DNA of 33,290 nucleotides from Paracoccaceae bacterium. Lineage in GTDB: Bacteria > Pseudomonadota > Alphaproteobacteria > Rhodobacterales > Rhodobacteraceae. The DNA lies in assembly GCA_003564655.1 (NCBI GenBank), contig PXES01000334.1, positions 1 through 33,290 of the forward strand. Reading direction: 5' to 3'. Position numbers and translations under genes: made by a program. Each line of letters starts with the position of its first letter. The first letter of the stretch is position 1. Shown one piece after another: positions 1 to 9,396 of this stretch. The notes beneath the pieces are model-generated. The model had not been told where the DNA came from and ran no database searches. It saw only the letters and a list, made by a program, of their open reading frames with translations.

Positions 1-369
1 ATCCAGGCGGAACTGGACGAGGCCCGCCGCCTGCGCGAAGAGGCCCTCGAACTGCACGCCTCTTTCGAGCGGCGCAAATCCGAGGTCGAGGAAGATGCCG
101 CGCGCATCGTCGAGAAGGCGCGCGGCGATGCACAGATTGCCGCCGAACAGGCGCGGGCAGACATCGAAGCTTCGATCGCCCGCCGTCTGAAGGCCGCGGA
201 AGACCAGATCGCCTCGGCCGAGGCGAACGCGATCCGCGAGGTACGCAACGCGGCGGTCAATGTCGCAGTAGCGGCAGCGGGCGATCTGATGGCAAAGAAG
301 ATGGATGCAGAACGCAGCGATGCGCTGATCGACAAGGCCATCGCCACCGCGCGCGAACGGTTGCACTGA
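1..369 (+). CDS. atpF: F0F1 ATP synthase subunit b, 5'-truncated by the window edge
   Basis: Frame 1 translated by hand: IQAELDEARRLREEA...ARADIEASIARRLKAAEDQIASAEANAIREVR...LIDKAIATARERLH*, TGA at 367-369. Typical alphaproteobacterial subunit b C-terminus. Confidence 0.9.
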   Translation: MQAELDEARRLREEALELHASFERRKSEVEEDAARIVEKARGDAQIAAEQARADIEASIARRLKAAEDQIASAEANAIREVRNAAVNVAVAAAGDLMAKKMDAERSDALIDKAIATARERLH

Positions 370-391
370 GGCGGCAGAACATCCGATATTC

Positions 392-427
392 ATGCACTGA
401 CCCGGCCGTTGTGCCGGGTCTTTGCAT
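392..427 (+). terminator. Hairpin/intrinsic terminator after atpF, possibly bidirectional between convergent genes
   Basis: GACCCGGC(399-406)/GCCGGGTC(413-420) stem followed by TTT; outer ATGCA/TGCAT extension. Confidence 0.6.
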
Positions 428-447
428 TGACAGCGGTGCTGCGCGCG

Positions 448-1332
448 TCAACCGCGCCCGAAGCGCCGCGCCTCGGCCAGCAACGCCGCCAGAACCGGGG
501 TGTGCGGCTCGCGCCATGGCGCGATCAGGCCGACCTGCTTCGCCCCGCCCTCGCCCCGGATCGGCACGGCGCACAGGCCCGGCGTGCGTTCGAACAGCGC
601 GGCGGTGTGGGCGTTGACCACGCTGACCCAAGGGCCGGCCTGCACATGCGCAACCAGCGTCAGGACCGAGTTCGACTCGAGCTGTGGCGCCGCCTCGACC
701 CCGGCCTCTGTCAGGGCGGCGTTGATGATCCGGCGATTCTGCATGTCGGCGGTCAGCAGGCATAGTGGCAGCCCGGCCAGATCCGTCCAGTCCAGCGCTT
801 CGCGCCGCGCCAGCGCTTCGCCGCGCCGGGTCAGCAACAGGTAGCGTTCGGTATAAAGCGGCACCGTCACCCCCCGGCCCAGCGGTTCATTGTCCAGATA
901 GCTGACCCCGGCATCAAGTTGCAGCTTGTCGATCTGGTGCAGGATCTCGGTCGAGGCGCGCGACAGGATCTCGACATGCACTTTGGGATGCGCGCGCAGA
1001 TAGGGGCCGGTCAGGCCCGCGATCATCGGCAGCGCCGTGGGCACTACCCCAAGCCGAAGATTGCCCGACAGCCCGTGGCGCGCGGCGCGCATCTCCTCGC
1101 GCAGGGTGCGGGCGTCGCCGACAATCCGCGCCGCCCAGTCGAGCACCCGGGCGCCTTCGGGCGTCAGACCCTCGAACCGCCCGCCGCGAAACACGAGTTG
1201 CACACCCAATTCGCCCTCGAGTTGTTTCAGCCCTGCGGACAGCGACGGCTGAGTGATCCCCAACCGTTCGGCCGCGCGGCCGAAGTGGCGCGCCTCGGCC
1301 AGGGCGATGAACATTTCCAGACGGTCCAGCAT
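448..1332 (-). CDS. LysR family transcriptional regulator
   Basis: MLDRLEMFIALAEARHFGRAAERLGITQPSLSAGLKQLE HTH plus substrate-binding domain. Start moved to the ATG at 1332. Confidence 0.93.
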   Translation of the reverse strand: MLDRLEMFIALAEARHFGRAAERLGITQPSLSAGLKQLEGELGVQLVFRGGRFEGLTPEGARVLDWAARIVGDARTLREEMRAARHGLSGNLRLGVVPTALPMIAGLTGPYLRAHPKVHVEILSRASTEILHQIDKLQLDAGVSYLDNEPLGRGVTVPLYTERYLLLTRRGEALARREALDWTDLAGLPLCLLTADMQNRRIINAALTEAGVEAAPQLESNSVLTLVAHVQAGPWVSVVNAHTAALFERTPGLCAVPIRGEGGAKQVGLIAPWREPHTPVLAALLAEARRFGRG

Positions 1333-1440
1333 CGGGCCTCGCGCGATTACCGTGTCATTCTGCGGCCGCGCGCGGCGGGCGGCAAGCATTCTGTCGCGGC
1401 TCTCTTGTTCCCGGCTGGCCCGCGGCTTACATGACGCGCC

Positions 1441-2238
1441 ATGTTCGACGCACTTCCCATCCCCAAGCGCGGGCCATTGGTGCCCGTCATCCGCCTGCAG
1501 GGCATGATCGCGGCCAGCGCCTCGCCCGGGCGACTGAACGACGCCACGCTCGCACCGTTGATCGAGGCCGCCTTTCGTCGTGGCAAGCCCGCGGCGGTGG
1601 CGCTGGTCATCAACTCACCCGGTGGCAGTCCGGTGCAGAGCGCGCTTGTCGCCGCGCGCATCCGGCGGCTGGCCGATGAGCGCGAGATCCCCGTCCATGC
1701 CTTTGTCGAGGATGTCGCGGCCTCGGGCGGCTACTGGCTGGCGACGGCGGGGGACGACATCACAGTGGATGCCAATTCGATCGTCGGGTCCATCGGCGTG
1801 ATCTCGGCAGGGTTCGGGCTGCACGAGTTCATCGGCCGCTACGGGATCGAGCGGCGGGTCTATACGTCCGGCGCGTCGAAATCGCAGCTCGACCCCTTCC
1901 GTCCCGAAAACCCCGACGACGTGGCGCGACTGCGAGCGCTGCAGGACCAGGTCCACGCGAATTTCATCGCGCAGGTCAAGGACCGGCGCGGCGCGAAGCT
2001 GGCGGATGAGGATCTGTTTACAGGCGAATTCTGGGTCGGCAAACGCGCGGTCGAGCTTGGCCTGGCCGATACTGTCGGCCAGATGGTGCCCACGCTGAAG
2101 GAACGCTATGGCGACAAGCTGCGGCTGCGACCCTATGGCATCCGCCGACCGTTGCTGTCGCGGCTGGGGCTGGGGCTTGCCAATGACGCGCTGGCAATTG
2201 TCGAGGAGCGCGCGCAGTACGCGCGTTTCGGGCTGTAG
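1441..2238 (+). CDS. S49 family peptidase (SppA/SohB-like)
   Basis: Motifs INSPGGSPVQS, DVAASGGYWLA, SIVGSIGVI. Confidence 0.92.
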   Translation: MFDALPIPKRGPLVPVIRLQGMIAASASPGRLNDATLAPLIEAAFRRGKPAAVALVINSPGGSPVQSALVAARIRRLADEREIPVHAFVEDVAASGGYWLATAGDDITVDANSIVGSIGVISAGFGLHEFIGRYGIERRVYTSGASKSQLDPFRPENPDDVARLRALQDQVHANFIAQVKDRRGAKLADEDLFTGEFWVGKRAVELGLADTVGQMVPTLKERYGDKLRLRPYGIRRPLLSRLGLGLANDALAIVEERAQYARFGL

Positions 2239-2242
2239 CGCC

Positions 2243-2434
2243 ATGATCATCAAGATCGTCGCGGCCTTTCTTGTGTTCATGATCGTGATGGGGGCGATCC
2301 AGAAATGGCTCAACCCCGGTCACAAGACCCCGCTCGACCGGCTGCGCGGTGCGAAACTTCCCCGGCCCCGAAAATGCAGTGAGTGTGGCCGCTTTCTGCT
2401 GGGCGGCGATAGCTGCCGCTGCAAGGACCGGTAG
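2243..2434 (+). CDS. Small membrane-anchored protein with C-terminal Cys cluster (63 aa)
   Basis: ATG 4 nt after the S49 stop; hydrophobic N-terminus MIIKIVAAFLVFMIVMGAI, then RKCSECGRFLLGGDSCRC; ends 3 nt before the next gene. Confidence 0.75.
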   Translation: MIIKIVAAFLVFMIVMGAIQKWLNPGHKTPLDRLRGAKLPRPRKCSECGRFLLGGDSCRCKDR

Positions 2435-2437
2435 GTT

Positions 2438-3373
2438 ATGCTTTTCAATCTGGCGCTGGTCGCAGGCGGGTTGGTCGTCCTGCTGCTTGCGGGTGACCTG
2501 CTGGTGCGCGGCGCAGGCGGATTGGCGCTGCGACTGGGCATCCCGGCGCTGATCGTGGGCCTGACGGTGGTCGCCTTCGGCACCTCGGCGCCCGAGCTTC
2601 TGGTCTCGGTCAAGGCGGTGCTTGCAGACGCCGATGGGCTGGCGCTGGGCAATGTCGTGGGCTCGAACATCGCCAATATCCTGCTGGTCATCGGCCTGCC
2701 GGCGCTGATCGCGCCGATGATGACCGGGCGCGCCTATCTGCATGATTACCTGATCATGCTGGCGGCGACGGCGCTGTTCGGGCTGTTGGCGCTGACCGGG
2801 GCGATCGACCGCTGGCAGGCGCTGGTCTTGCTGGCTGCCTTTGCGCTGTTCATGGTCGAATCAGTGCGCAAGGCGCGGCAGGCGCGGAATGTGTCGGGCC
2901 TCCCGGAAGACGGTAGCATGTCAGTGCCGAAGCTTGCGCTGCTGCTGATGCTGGGCATTGCGGGGCTACCGCTGGGGGCCAATCTGCTGGTCAATGGCGC
3001 GACCGAGATTGCCTCCGAGCTTGGCGTGTCGGATGTGATGATCGGTCTGACCATCGTCGCAATCGGCACCTCGCTGCCCGAGCTTGCCACCACGCTGATG
3101 GCCGCGATCCGGCGCGAGGGCGGGGTAGCGCTGGGCAACATCCTTGGCTCGAACATCTTCAACCTGCTGTTCATACTCGGGGTTGCCGGGTTGTTCGGCC
3201 GCATTGACATTCCGCCGCAGGTGCTGGCGCTCGACTTCTGGGTTATGCTGGCCGCAGCGCTTGTGCTGGCCCCGTTCCTGTGGGCCGAACGCGCCGTGGG
3301 GCGGCTCGCGGGGCTGGTCTTGCTGCTGGGGTATTCGGGCTACATCTGGGCTCTGATCGCTATCGGGGGCTAG
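2438..3373 (+). CDS. Calcium/sodium antiporter (YrbG-like, CaCA family)
   Basis: Two alpha-repeats, GTSAPEL...GNVVGSNIANI and GTSLPEL...GNILGSNIFNL; about 10 TM segments. Confidence 0.93.
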   Translation: MLFNLALVAGGLVVLLLAGDLLVRGAGGLALRLGIPALIVGLTVVAFGTSAPELLVSVKAVLADADGLALGNVVGSNIANILLVIGLPALIAPMMTGRAYLHDYLIMLAATALFGLLALTGAIDRWQALVLLAAFALFMVESVRKARQARNVSGLPEDGSMSVPKLALLLMLGIAGLPLGANLLVNGATEIASELGVSDVMIGLTIVAIGTSLPELATTLMAAIRREGGVALGNILGSNIFNLLFILGVAGLFGRIDIPPQVLALDFWVMLAAALVLAPFLWAERAVGRLAGLVLLLGYSGYIWALIAIGG

Positions 3374-3375
3374 GA

Positions 3376-4164
3376 ATGAAACGGGCATTGGTGACGGGGG
3401 CAGCGAAGCGGCTGGGCCGGGCGATGGCGCTCTATCTGGCCGAGCGCTGGCATGATGTCGCAATCCATTATGCCGCGTCATGCACCGCCGCCGAGGCGCT
3501 GGCCGAGCAGATCACCGCGATGGGACGCAAGGCCGTTTGCCTGCAGGCCGATCTTCTGGACGAGGCGGCGCTGGCCCCGTTGGTCGCAGACGCCGCCGAC
3601 GGGCTGGGTGGCCCGCTGAGCGTGCTGGTCAACAACGCCTCGATCTTTGAGCAGGACAGCATCGTCACGGCCACGCGCGAAAGCTGGGATCGGCACATGA
3701 TGTCGAACCTGCGCGCGCCCTTCGTGCTGACACAGGAATTCGCCGCGCAGTGTCCGCCGCCCATGCATGATGCATCCGGCGAGCCGATGGCGCAGGCGCT
3801 GGTGGTCAACATGCTCGACCAGAAGGTCCGCAAGCTGACACCGCAGAACATGACTTATTCGATCGCGAAAATGGGCCTCTGGGCCTTCACGCAGATGGCC
3901 GCGCAAGAGCTTGGCCCGCGCGTGCGGGTCAATGCCATCGGTCCCGGCCCAACCCTGCAGGCGGCGGAGCAGCGCGCCGAGGAGTATGCGCAAAGCCGCG
4001 CCTGCACTGTTCTGGGGCGGGGCGCAAACCTGTCGGACATCACGGCGGCGCTCGGGTTTTTCGTGGATGCGCCAGCGGTGACGGGGCAACTGATCTGCGT
4101 CGATGGCGGGCAGCATCTGGCATGGCAGACACCGGATGTGATGGGCGGGATGGGTGCAAAATGA
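3376..4164 (+). CDS. SDR family oxidoreductase (pteridine reductase/FolM-like)
   Basis: MKRALVTGAAKRLG, LVNNASIF, YSIAK catalytic YxxxK, RVNAIGPG. Start moved to the ATG at 3376. Confidence 0.9.
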   Translation: MKRALVTGAAKRLGRAMALYLAERWHDVAIHYAASCTAAEALAEQITAMGRKAVCLQADLLDEAALAPLVADAADGLGGPLSVLVNNASIFEQDSIVTATRESWDRHMMSNLRAPFVLTQEFAAQCPPPMHDASGEPMAQALVVNMLDQKVRKLTPQNMTYSIAKMGLWAFTQMAAQELGPRVRVNAIGPGPTLQAAEQRAEEYAQSRACTVLGRGANLSDITAALGFFVDAPAVTGQLICVDGGQHLAWQTPDVMGGMGAK

Positions 4165-4455
4165 TGAGTCACTATCGCAAGTTGTACACCCTTCACAGCC
4201 CTGTCACGGAATCGAGATGATTTGTTCATACTTTTCATACGCTTGTCACAGAGATAAAAATATCATAACAATTACAATATGTTAAGCTATCGCCTAATAT
4301 TTAAGCAAACAATAGACATTGCTTTGATGCAAGGAAAAATTCGCCCGCGTTCGCATCTCTCCACACCCTTATCCACAGATTTCGGGGACAGGATTCCGCT
4401 TGCAGATGTGGCTCGGGCATTGCAGCAGGCCCAAGAATCACGCACATCCTGAGAC
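4165..4455. promoter_or_regulatory. AT-rich intergenic region with DnaA box(es) and 4 GANTC sites; candidate replication origin
   Basis: Perfect DnaA box TTATCCACA at 4369-4377; degenerate boxes at 4357-4365, 4222-4230 and 4182-4190; GANTC at 4166, 4209, 4392 and 4435; AT-rich core about 4250-4340. Confidence 0.55.
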
Positions 4456-6336
4456 ATGCCGCCCGATACCGACCAGCCTGTGACCGATACCGCCGAACTG
4501 CGCGGGCATGCCTGCATTCAGGACTATCTGCGCCAGCTCGACAGCTCGCCCGGCGTCTACCGGATGCTGAACGAAAAATCCGAAGTGCTCTATGTCGGCA
4601 AGGCGCGGAACCTGCGCGCGCGGGTGGCGAGTTATGCGCGCCCCGCAGGTCATTCGGCGCGGATCGCCCGGATGATCTCCGAGACCGCGTCGATGATGTT
4701 CCTGACCACGCGCACCGAGACCGAGGCGCTTCTGCTCGAGCAGAACCTCATCAAACAGCTCAAGCCGCGCTACAATGTGCTGCTGCGCGACGACAAGAGC
4801 TTCCCTTACATCCTGCTACCGGGCGACCACCCCTTTCCGCAACTGCGCAAGCATCGCGGCGCGCGGCGCACGAAGGGCAGCTATTTCGGCCCCTTCGCAA
4901 GTGCAGGCGCCGTCAATCGCACGCTCAACCAGTTGCAGCGCGTGTTCCTGCTGCGCAACTGCACGGATTCGGTGTTCAATTCCCGCTCGCGCCCATGTCT
5001 GCTCTATCAGATCAAGCGGTGCAGCGCGCCCTGTGTGGGCTACATCTCGGAATCCGATTACGCCGGGCTGGTCGCCGATGCCGAGCGTTTCCTGTCGGGC
5101 AAGAGCACGAAGATCCAGGCGCAGCTTGCCGAGGACATGGCGAGCGCGGCCGAGGCGATGGAATTCGAGCGCGCCGCCGCCCTGCGCGACCGTATCCGCG
5201 CGCTGACCAATGTGCAGCAAAGCCAGGGGATCAACCCGCGCAGCGTGACCGAGGCCGACATCATCGCGCTGCATCTGGAAAAGGGGCAGGCCTGTGTGCA
5301 GGTCTTCTTCATCCGCGCCGGGCAAAGCTGGGGCAACCGCGACTTCTCCCCCGCCACTGGCGCAGGGGCCGAGGAGCCCGAGATCCTCGAGGCGTTCATG
5401 GCGCAATTCTATGATGGGAAGGAGCCGCCGCGTCTGGTGCTCACCTCGCACGAGATCGAGGATGGCGACCTGATGCGCGCGCTTCTGACCGAGCGCGCCG
5501 GGCGCAAGGTCGAGATCGCCTGCCCCCGGCGCGGCGAGAAGGCCGAGTTGGTCGAGAACGCGGCTCGCAACGCGCGCGAGGCGCTGGCGATGCGCATGGC
5601 CTCCTCAGCGGCGCAGTCACGGCTGCTGGAGGGATTGGCCGAGGCGTTCGCGCTCGACGCCCCGCCCACCCGGGTCGAGGTATTCGACAACAGCCACATA
5701 CAGGGCACCGACGCCGTGGGCGCGATGATCGTGGCCGGGCGCGAGGGGTTCGTGAAAAGCCAGTATCGCAAGTTCAACATCCGGGGCGACAGCCTGAGCC
5801 CCGGCGATGATTTCGGCATGATGAAGGAAGTGCTGACCCGCCGCTTCGAACGCCTGCTGAAGGAAGACCCCGACCGCGAGGGCGAGGCCTGGCCCGACCT
5901 TTTGCTGATCGACGGCGGCGCGGGGCAAGTCTCCGCAGTGGCCGGAATCATGGCCGATCTGGGCGTCGAGGATATCCCCGTTGTCGGCGTCGCCAAGGGC
6001 ATCGACCGCGATGCGGGCAAGGAAGAATTCCACCGCCCCGGCCCCCGCCCCTTCGCACTGCGGCACAATGACCCGGTGCTCTATTTCGTTCAACGGCTGC
6101 GCGACGAGGCGCATCGCTTCGCCATCGGCACACACCGGGCGAAACGCGCCAAATCTGTCAGCGCCTCGCCGCTCGATGACATCCCCGGCGTGGGGCCGGG
6201 GCGCAAGCGCGCGCTGCTGGCGCATTTCGGCTCGGCCAAGGCCGTGGCGCGGGCGGGGATGGCGGACCTGCAGGCGGTGGACGGCATCTCGGCCGCGTTG
6301 GCGCAGGTGATCCATGATCACCTGAATGCCCGATGA
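4456..6336 (+). CDS. uvrC: Excinuclease ABC subunit C
   Basis: GIY-YIG (PGVYRM...LYVGKARNL), [13 protein letters not shown], RNase H-like EVFDNSH / LIDGGAGQ, C-terminal HhH ([13 protein letters not shown]). Confidence 0.98.
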   Translation: MPPDTDQPVTDTAELRGHACIQDYLRQLDSSPGVYRMLNEKSEVLYVGKARNLRARVASYARPAGHSARIARMISETASMMFLTTRTETEALLLEQNLIKQLKPRYNVLLRDDKSFPYILLPGDHPFPQLRKHRGARRTKGSYFGPFASAGAVNRTLNQLQRVFLLRNCTDSVFNSRSRPCLLYQIKRCSAPCVGYISESDYAGLVADAERFLSGKSTKIQAQLAEDMASAAEAMEFERAAALRDRIRALTNVQQSQGINPRSVTEADIIALHLEKGQACVQVFFIRAGQSWGNRDFSPATGAGAEEPEILEAFMAQFYDGKEPPRLVLTSHEIEDGDLMRALLTERAGRKVEIACPRRGEKAELVENAARNAREALAMRMASSAAQSRLLEGLAEAFALDAPPTRVEVFDNSHIQGTDAVGAMIVAGREGFVKSQYRKFNIRGDSLSPGDDFGMMKEVLTRRFERLLKEDPDREGEAWPDLLLIDGGAGQVSAVAGIMADLGVEDIPVVGVAKGIDRDAGKEEFHRPGPRPFALRHNDPVLYFVQRLRDEAHRFAIGTHRAKRAKSVSASPLDDIPGVGPGRKRALLAHFGSAKAVARAGMADLQAVDGISAALAQVIHDHLNAR

Positions 6337-7031
6337 CGCGGGTGGTGGTGCTCTCCGGGGCGGGGCTCTCGGCCGAAAGTGGGCTGGGCACCTTTCGCGA
6401 TGCGGGCGGGATCTGGCAGAAATACGACCTCGAGGAAGTCGCGACCCCAGAGGGCTTTGCCCGCAACCCGGCACTGGTGCACGAGTTTTACAACGCCCGC
6501 CGCGCCAACTGCCTCGCCGCGCGGCCGAATGCCGCGCATCACGCCCTCGCGGCGTTGCAGCAGCGGTTGGGCGACCGGGTGACGCTGGTCACGCAGAACA
6601 TCGACGATCTGCTGGAGCGCGCGGGCGCGCGCGAGGTGATCCACATGCACGGGCAGGTGATGCGCGCGCAGTGTGCACATTGCGGGCATCGCTGGGACGC
6701 GCCTGCCGTTATGGACCCGTCCGATCCCTGCCCGGCCTGCGAGCACCCGGCGACGCGGCCCGATATCGTCTGGTTCGGCGAAATTCCCTATCACATGGAC
6801 GCGATCGGCGCGGCGCTGGCCGAGGCGGAGTTGTTCGTCGCCATCGGCACCTCGGGGTCGGTCTATCCGGCGGCGGGCTTCGTGCGCGAGGCCCATATCA
6901 ATGGCGCGCGGAAACTGGAGCTGAACCTCGAACCCTCCGAGGGCTCGGCGCTGTTCGACGACACCCGCTTGGGCCCGGCAACCGAAATCGTGCCCCTGTG
7001 GGTGGCGGAGATGCTGGCGGCGGAAGGGTAG
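6333..7031 (+). CDS. cobB: NAD-dependent protein deacylase (sirtuin, class III-like)
   Basis: [20 protein letters not shown], two Cxx[14 protein letters not shown]; the YxxR motif (FYNARR) suggests desuccinylase capacity. Confidence 0.95.
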   Translation: MTRVVVLSGAGLSAESGLGTFRDAGGIWQKYDLEEVATPEGFARNPALVHEFYNARRANCLAARPNAAHHALAALQQRLGDRVTLVTQNIDDLLERAGAREVIHMHGQVMRAQCAHCGHRWDAPAVMDPSDPCPACEHPATRPDIVWFGEIPYHMDAIGAALAEAELFVAIGTSGSVYPAAGFVREAHINGARKLELNLEPSEGSALFDDTRLGPATEIVPLWVAEMLAAEG

Positions 7032-7034
7032 GGT

Positions 7035-8633
7035 TCAGCCCGACGGGCTGTCATCGTCGTCCTCGGGGGCTGCAAGGGCCTGCTGGCCGAACCCTTCGTC
7101 ATCGTCGAAATCGACTGGCAAGGTCTTGTTCGTGCGCGCCCCCAGCGTCTTGAGCTTCTCGACCTGCGAAAGCAGGTTGCCGTTGCCACGCGAAAGCTGG
7201 CCAAAGGCGGTCTCGTAGGAGGTGCTGGCCTGCCGCAGACGGTTGCCGACCTGCTCCATGCTGGCGACGAACCCCGCTACCTTGTCATAAAGAAGCCCTG
7301 CGCGGCGGGCGATTTCCTCGGCATTCTGGTTGCGCCGCTCGACCGCCCAGACATGGCGCACCGTGCGCAGCGCCATCATCAGCGTGGTCGGCGTGGCGAT
7401 GGTGATATGCCGCTCCAGCGCGAATTCGGTCAGCGTGCCATCCTCGCGCAGCGCCTCGGACAGCGCGCCCTCGATGGGCACGAAGAGGATGACGTAATCG
7501 ACCGTCGAGGCTTCGACGCTTTGGTAGGACTTCGCGGCCAGATCGGTGATATGCTTGCGAAGCGAGGTGACATGGCGCTTGCGGGCGGCGCTGGCCGCGA
7601 CGTCATCCTCGGCATTGACGGCATCGGTATAGGCGACGAGCGAGACCTTGCTGTCGATGACCAGCGACTTGCCGCCGGGGATGTGCACCACGACATCCGG
7701 GCGCAGGCGCTCGCCATCATCGCCAGTGCGGTGGGCCTGCGTCTCGTATTCCTCGCCCGCGCGCAGGCCCGAGCGTTCGAGGATGCCCTCGAGGATCATC
7801 TCGCCCCAGGCCCCCTGCCGCTGCTGGTCCGAGCGCAGCGCCCGGGTCAGCGCGACCGCTTCCTTCGAGATATCCTCGGACCGTTTGCTGAGTTGCTGGA
7901 TCTCGGCCTTGAGCGCGGCGCGGTCATCGACAGTCGCCTTGTGCACATCCTTCAACTCGCGCTCGAAATGGGCGACATGTTCCTTCAGCGGCGTCAGCGT
8001 GGCGGTCAGCCGCTCGATGCTGGATTTCGAGAACGCCTCACCCTGCACCTTCAGGGCCTCGCGCGCCAGATCACCGAATTTCGCCTCCATATCGGCGCGG
8101 ATCTTGCTCAGCGTCTCGATCTTGTCGGCAGACGCGGCCTTTTGCGCGCGCAGATCGGCCTCGAGCCGGTTCACCTGACCAGTGAGGTCCTGCTTGTCCT
8201 GCATCGCGGTGTCGAGCTTCGCGCGCAGCTCGGTGTTTTGCGCGCGCAATTCGTCCAGTGCCTGGGCATGGCGCCGGGCGCTGTCCTCGGCCCCGGTCTG
8301 CGCCGCTTCGAGTTGCGTCGAGAGGCGCGAGATGCGTCCTGCGGCCTCTTCGGCGCGGGTGGCGTCGGTGTCGAGCTTCGCCCGCAGCTTCGACAGATCG
8401 CCGTTCAACCGGTCGATCTCGTGCTTGCGTTCTGTGGCGAGGGCCTCGTTGCGCGTGGCGGCGCCAAGTGCCTCGCGCAGTTCTGCCTCGCGCGTGCGCA
8501 GGGTGTCCTTCAGCTCGGCCGACCCGTCGCGGCGCAGCCAGAGCAGAAGCCCGACCCCGAGCGCCAGAAGCACGAGCAGGCCGACGAGCAGCGGGTCGAA
8601 AGGGTGCAGAAGATTGGTCATGCTGTCTCCCAC
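7035..8633 (-). CDS. rmuC: DNA recombination protein RmuC
   Basis: N-terminal TM, long coiled coil, GAWGEMILE, RPDVVVHIPGG, IDSKVSL, ATPTTLM. Start could be 8621. Confidence 0.93.
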   Translation of the reverse strand: MGDSMTNLLHPFDPLLVGLLVLLALGVGLLLWLRRDGSAELKDTLRTREAELREALGAATRNEALATERKHEIDRLNGDLSKLRAKLDTDATRAEEAAGRISRLSTQLEAAQTGAEDSARRHAQALDELRAQNTELRAKLDTAMQDKQDLTGQVNRLEADLRAQKAASADKIETLSKIRADMEAKFGDLAREALKVQGEAFSKSSIERLTATLTPLKEHVAHFERELKDVHKATVDDRAALKAEIQQLSKRSEDISKEAVALTRALRSDQQRQGAWGEMILEGILERSGLRAGEEYETQAHRTGDDGERLRPDVVVHIPGGKSLVIDSKVSLVAYTDAVNAEDDVAASAARKRHVTSLRKHITDLAAKSYQSVEASTVDYVILFVPIEGALSEALREDGTLTEFALERHITIATPTTLMMALRTVRHVWAVERRNQNAEEIARRAGLLYDKVAGFVASMEQVGNRLRQASTSYETAFGQLSRGNGNLLSQVEKLKTLGARTNKTLPVDFDDDEGFGQQALAAPEDDDDSPSG

Positions 8634-8693
8634 AGGCCGCAGGGTGCGCGGTTAAGGGTTACGGAGTGGATCGGCTGTCGGGACGCGCGAAAG

Positions 8694-8770
8694 AGCGCCC
8701 GCGAGCGGAGCCCACCCACCCGCCCATGCCCCGCCCGCGGGCGCTGCCCGACCCTGCGGGCCGGGCGGGG
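8694..8770. repeat. GC-rich palindromic intergenic repeat, copy A
   Basis: 8694-8750 is 49/57 identical to 12664-12720; internal inverted repeat AGCGCCCGCG(8694-8703)/CGCGGGCGCT(8736-8745), followed by a second GC hairpin. Confidence 0.75.
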
Positions 8771-8790
8771 CAGAGCGTCACACGCCGGGG

Positions 8791-9396
8791 CTACCACAGC
8801 GTCCGCGGGCCGCGCCGCTGCCACTCGGCATCATAGGCCTGCGGGTCGATCGTGCCCTGCGACACATCGGCCAGCATCTCGCCCATGCTGGGCAGCGCCG
8901 CGCCGTCATCCGCGCCTGCCCAAAGCCGCGAGCGCAGTAGCGCGCGTGCACACTGGGCATAGACCTCGGCAATGGCAAAGACGATCACGGTCCTGGGCGC
9001 GCGTCCGTCGCGCGCGAACCCTGCGCAGAGCGCGTCGTCCGCCAGCACTCGCGCCCGCCCGTTCACCCGCACCACATTCGCCGAGCCCGGCACCATGAAC
9101 AGAAGCGTCGCCCGGCCGTCGGTGACGATATTGCGCAGCGAGTCGAGCCGGTTGTTGCCGCGCCAGTCGGGCAGTTGCAGCGTCGTGTCGTCAATGATGC
9201 GTACCACCGGCCCGTCATCGCCGCGCGGGCTGGCATCGACGCCGCGCTGCCCGGTCGTTGCGAGGATGCAGAATCGCGACGCCTCGATCCAGCGGCGATA
9301 GCTGGGCGTCAGCCGGGGCGCGACCTTGGCGAGGCTGGCCTTGGAGGGCGCCTCGTATAGCGCCTCGAGCGCGGCGATGCTGGTGATCTCGGTCAT
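8791..9396 (-). CDS. Pyridoxamine 5'-phosphate oxidase-like FMN-binding protein
   Basis: DASPRGD, LPDWRGNNRLDSLRNI, RVNGRA, EVYAQCARALLRSRLW. Confidence 0.88.
   Translation of the reverse strand: MTEITSIAALEALYEAPSKASLAKVAPRLTPSYRRWIEASRFCILATTGQRGVDASPRGDDGPVVRIIDDTTLQLPDWRGNNRLDSLRNIVTDGRATLLFMVPGSANVVRVNGRARVLADDALCAGFARDGRAPRTVIVFAIAEVYAQCARALLRSRLWAGADDGAALPSMGEMLADVSQGTIDPQAYDAEWQRRGPRTLW

Noticed and set aside
4282-4304. CtrA box in the origin-like region
   Set aside because: The two TTAA are 15 nt apart, not 7; only half-sites are present.
4380-4455. LexA (GTTC-N7-GTTC) box upstream of uvrC
   Set aside because: No such direct repeat found by eye.
6333-7031. Sirtuin as an anti-phage (Thoeris/DSR-type SIR2) effector
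   Set aside because: It is a canonical CobB with Zn-binding CxxC pairs in a housekeeping context, with no defence partners.
8651-8662. CtrA site upstream of rmuC (GGTTAA)
   Set aside because: Half-site only; no second TTAA at N7 spacing.
7353-9098. 581-aa ORF on + strand, and similar long antisense ORFs (16992-18569, 28489-30930, 32073-33128)
   Set aside because: They are shadows of well-supported genes on the opposite strand; high-GC codon bias removes stops, and they contain no recognisable motifs.
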